From Candidatus Latescibacterota bacterium (lineage in GTDB: Bacteria; Latescibacterota; UBA2968; UBA8231), in contig OZ220089.1 of NCBI GenBank assembly GCA_964291625.2, positions 1,184,001 through 1,248,000 on the forward strand: a stretch of DNA of 64,000 bases, in the 5' to 3' direction. This document shows, piece by piece, positions 61,372-64,000 of this stretch. The notes below the pieces were generated by a model that searched no databases, was not told the origin of the DNA, and saw only the letters and a program-made list of their open reading frames with translations. Made by a program: the position numbers and the translations under genes. How positions within the stretch are numbered: position 1 is the first letter of the stretch; each line of letters starts with the position of its first letter.

Positions 61372-61878
61372 ATGAGACTCGCCGTCCGGACCCGCCGCGC
61401 CGTCGAAGCGGACGTCCCCGCCCTCATCGATCTCGCGCAACGCTCCTGGCTCTCCGGCAACTGCGAGCTGGCCCCGATGGAGGCCGTCCGCCACTGGATG
61501 GAGGAGGACCGCGAGAGCCGGCGCTATCCGGAGATCTGGCCGAGGGTCACGGTCGCGGAGCATTGCTCCCGGATCCTCGGCCTCTCCCATGCCGACGGCC
61601 GGGAGGTCGCCGAACTATGGGTCCATCCGTCCTTCCAGAGACGCGGGATCGGCACTCTTCTGCTGGGGATCTGCGAGGAGGAGATCCGCCGCGCCGGCCA
61701 CGAGATCTGCCGACTGCGTTACACCGAGTACAACGTGGCGGCGCCCCTCTTCTACAAAGCACGCGGCTACAGCGAGGTGAGCCGCTCTCCGGAGAGACTC
61801 CCGTCCGGCGTGACCCGCGACATCATCGTTATGGAGAAGGAGCTCACAGCTCCCCGAACCTCTCCCGCAGGTCGATGA
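61372..61878 (+). CDS. GNAT acetyltransferase
   Basis: LWVHPSFQRRGIGTLLL, N..A..FYKARGY. Confidence 0.88.
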   Translation: MRLAVRTRRAVEADVPALIDLAQRSWLSGNCELAPMEAVRHWMEEDRESRRYPEIWPRVTVAEHCSRILGLSHADGREVAELWVHPSFQRRGIGTLLLGICEEEIRRAGHEICRLRYTEYNVAAPLFYKARGYSEVSRSPERLPSGVTRDIIVMEKELTAPRTSPAGR

Positions 61879-62884
61879 CCTCGCCGCTGCGGGCCGACTC
61901 GTACCCCGCCTGCACGATGGCCAGGCTCCTGCGTTCGCCGCGCCCCGAGGTGGGCCCCTCGGCGCCGCAGAGCACGTAGTCGGCGAAGGCCTCGATCTCC
62001 CGCGCGAAGGGCGACAGGGCGTCCTCGGGATAGTCCAGCTCCTGCTGCCGGTCGCCGTCGGCCTCGCTCCACGTCGTGCACGACTCCCGGGTCGCCTGCA
62101 GCAGCCCCCTGTCGCCGCAGATCACCCAGCCGCCCGGCGGCTCGGGGAACCTCACCTCGCAGCTCTGCAGCACCGTGGCCTGGAACCCCGCCTCCATGTG
62201 CAGCAGGCCGGTCATCGTTCCCTCCACGTCGTCCCGCTGGAAGCCGCGGGCGTGGTGCTCCCGCATGTAGACGGAGGCGGCCTCGCCGAGGACGTAGCGG
62301 ACCATCGCCATGGTGTGGATGCCGTGGAGCATCCAGGTGCCGGTCCCGCCCCGCCGCGGGTCGGAGAGCCACTCGCGCCGCCCCGTATAGGCGTAGGTCG
62401 GCCGGGCCCGGAAGCCCGCCGAGACCGAGGCCGAGACCACCTCGCCGATGCGGCGTCCCGTGGCCACCTCCTCCCGCAGGAAGCGCGCCATGGGGTGGTA
62501 GCAGATGCTCTCCGCCACGTAGAGGCGGACCCCGGCGCGGTCGGCGGCTTCGATCATCCGCGTCGCCTCCGCCACCGTGAGGGCCATGGGCTTCTCCACC
62601 AGCACGTGCTTGCCGGCGCCGGCGGCGGCCACGGCCTGCGGTGCGTGTTCGGCATGGGGGGTGCAGATGGAGACCGCATCGATTTCGGGATCGGCCAGGG
62701 CCTCGTCGAGATCGGTGCAGGTCCGCTCGATCCCGAACTCCCCGGCCCGGGCCTTCAGGTGGTCCGGGTCCCGATCCACCAGGCAGGTCACCTCGACCTT
62801 GCGGCCCAGCTCGCGGGCGGCCTCGACCTGCCAGCCCCCCACGGCCCCGACGCCGACCACGGCCATTCGGAGTGTGCCGCTCAT
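61844..62884 (-). CDS. Gfo/Idh/MocA-family oxidoreductase
   Basis: VVGVGAVG, DAVSICTP...H, GKHVLVEKPMA, GIH. Confidence 0.92.
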   Translation of the reverse strand: MSGTLRMAVVGVGAVGGWQVEAARELGRKVEVTCLVDRDPDHLKARAGEFGIERTCTDLDEALADPEIDAVSICTPHAEHAPQAVAAAGAGKHVLVEKPMALTVAEATRMIEAADRAGVRLYVAESICYHPMARFLREEVATGRRIGEVVSASVSAGFRARPTYAYTGRREWLSDPRRGGTGTWMLHGIHTMAMVRYVLGEAASVYMREHHARGFQRDDVEGTMTGLLHMEAGFQATVLQSCEVRFPEPPGGWVICGDRGLLQATRESCTTWSEADGDRQQELDYPEDALSPFAREIEAFADYVLCGAEGPTSGRGERRSLAIVQAGYESARSGEVIDLRERFGEL

Positions 62885-62897
62885 CCGGGGATTCCCT

Positions 62898-63998
62898 TCA
62901 GCGGCCGAAGGGCTGCCTCAGCTGCGTCTGCACGAGGCGCTCCAGGATCCGCAGGCGCAACGCCGTCTCGATCTCCGCCACTTCGGGCCGGCCAGCAAGA
63001 TTGCGCGTCTCGTCCGGATCCTCCCGCACGTCGAAGAGCAGGTAGATCTCTCCCTCGGCGTTGAGGGCGGCCTTCCACTCCCGATCCAGCAGCATGACCT
63101 CGCCATCGATCTCGGAGATGGCGAAGTCGCGGTGGGTCGTCTCCGGTTGTGCCAGCACCTCGCGCAACGACTTCCCGAACTGGCGGTGCGCCAGCTCTCC
63201 GCCGGCCAGCTCGACAAGCGTCGGACCGATGTCGATCCACTCGACCGGGCTGTCGCAGACGCTCCCCGCGTTGGCGCCGCCCGGGGTCCGCACGATCAGC
63301 GGGATGCGCACGGCGCCGTCGAGGAAGTTGCTCTTGTAGATGAGCCCGTGGTCGCCGTTCATCTCGCCGTGGTCGGAGGTGTGGACGATGACCGTGTTGT
63401 CGAGCTCCCCCCGCGCCTCGACCGCGTCGAGGATCTCGCCGATCTGGTCGTCGATGAGGGTGAGGTTGCCCGCGTAGTCGGCGCGTAGCCTGCCGACCTC
63501 ACCCGGTTCGAAGGCTGGATTCATCCGCGCCATGAGCCTGTCCAGCTGTCCGCGGGGACGCTCGCCGGCCGGCTGGCGCGGTATGGCGGGCGGCATCTCC
63601 CCCGGGTCGTACATGCAGGCGTAGGGCTCCGGCGTGTCCCACGGCTCATGGGGTCCGCCGAAGCTCACCCAGCAGCACCACGGCTCCTGCCGGTCGTAAC
63701 CCTGCAGGTACCGCTTCGCCTGCTGGCCCACGTAGACGTCGGCATAGTCCTCGAGTCCCAGCGTCGACGGGCGCACGAGGTGAGGCTTGGTGCGGAACCG
63801 CTCCCGGTAGTCGGCCCGGTAGGCTTCCCACAGCCCCTTCGCCTCCCAGCCGGCGGTCATGTGCGACAGGACCTGGGCGCTGGCCCGGGGGCCCCCGATC
63901 TCGTCGACGTCGTCCAGGCCGTAGGCATGCATCAGGCCCTCGCGGTCGCGCAGGTCGCCTTGGTGCGGGTGGAGGTGGGTCTTGCCGAAGAGGCTGGT
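62898..63998 (-). CDS. Sulfatase (choline-sulfatase-like), 5'-truncated by window edge
   Basis: GKTHLH, SFGGPHEPWD, IDDQIG, TSDHGEMNGDHG..K, RIPLI, LFD...DPDE..NL. Confidence 0.9.
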   Translation of the reverse strand, partial: TSLFGKTHLHPHQGDLRDREGLMHAYGLDDVDEIGGPRASAQVLSHMTAGWEAKGLWEAYRADYRERFRTKPHLVRPSTLGLEDYADVYVGQQAKRYLQGYDRQEPWCCWVSFGGPHEPWDTPEPYACMYDPGEMPPAIPRQPAGERPRGQLDRLMARMNPAFEPGEVGRLRADYAGNLTLIDDQIGEILDAVEARGELDNTVIVHTSDHGEMNGDHGLIYKSNFLDGAVRIPLIVRTPGGANAGSVCDSPVEWIDIGPTLVELAGGELAHRQFGKSLREVLAQPETTHRDFAISEIDGEVMLLDREWKAALNAEGEIYLLFDVREDPDETRNLAGRPEVAEIETALRLRILERLVQTQLRQPFGR

Positions 63999-64000
63999 CC

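Overview
High-GC bacterial chromosomal window with about 50 genes. I saw no rRNA, tRNA, CRISPR array, integrase or transposase. The gene mix (three PhyH-type dioxygenases, a sulfatase, internalin-like LRR and WD40 proteins, PNYPNPFN/FlgD-Ig C-terminal domains, C-terminal SWGQ[VL]K tags) suggests an FCB-related uncultured lineage such as Latescibacterota/PAUC34f, possibly a sponge symbiont; this is inference only. Main blocks: (1) ABC exporter + DUF1854, LRR protein, orphan substrate-binding lipoprotein, PhyH genes, WD40 protein, PLP decarboxylase; (2) a Cys-rich PadR + arsM operon with a perfect palindromic operator over the -10 box; (3) three stand-alone secreted Cache-domain proteins sharing a C-terminal ESWGQ[VL]K tag, one behind a sigma54/IHF promoter; (4) a ~17.4 kb defence island (16.9-34.3 kb): XRE, Walker-A-degenerate ParA, McrBC, type I RM with a PHP-ABC-ATPase and a Schlafen/AlbA_2 protein in the prrC position, frameshifted M48, GmrSD-like; (5) uxuA, PhyH, MFS, and a tandem pair of 1200-aa M30-like metallopeptidases (HEFQH versus HYFQH), then a HEPN pair; (6) a CarH/LitR-headed cfa/DUF1365/DUF1295/FAD-oxidoreductase (furan fatty acid-type) operon; (7) FAD oxidoreductase, ABC ATPase + TOPRIM-like pair, GNAT, Gfo/Idh/MocA, sulfatase. 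Several junctions carry gene remnants, and conserved genes flanking foreign cargo show a strand-symmetric G/C skew. All calls come from reading motifs by eye; no database searches were run.
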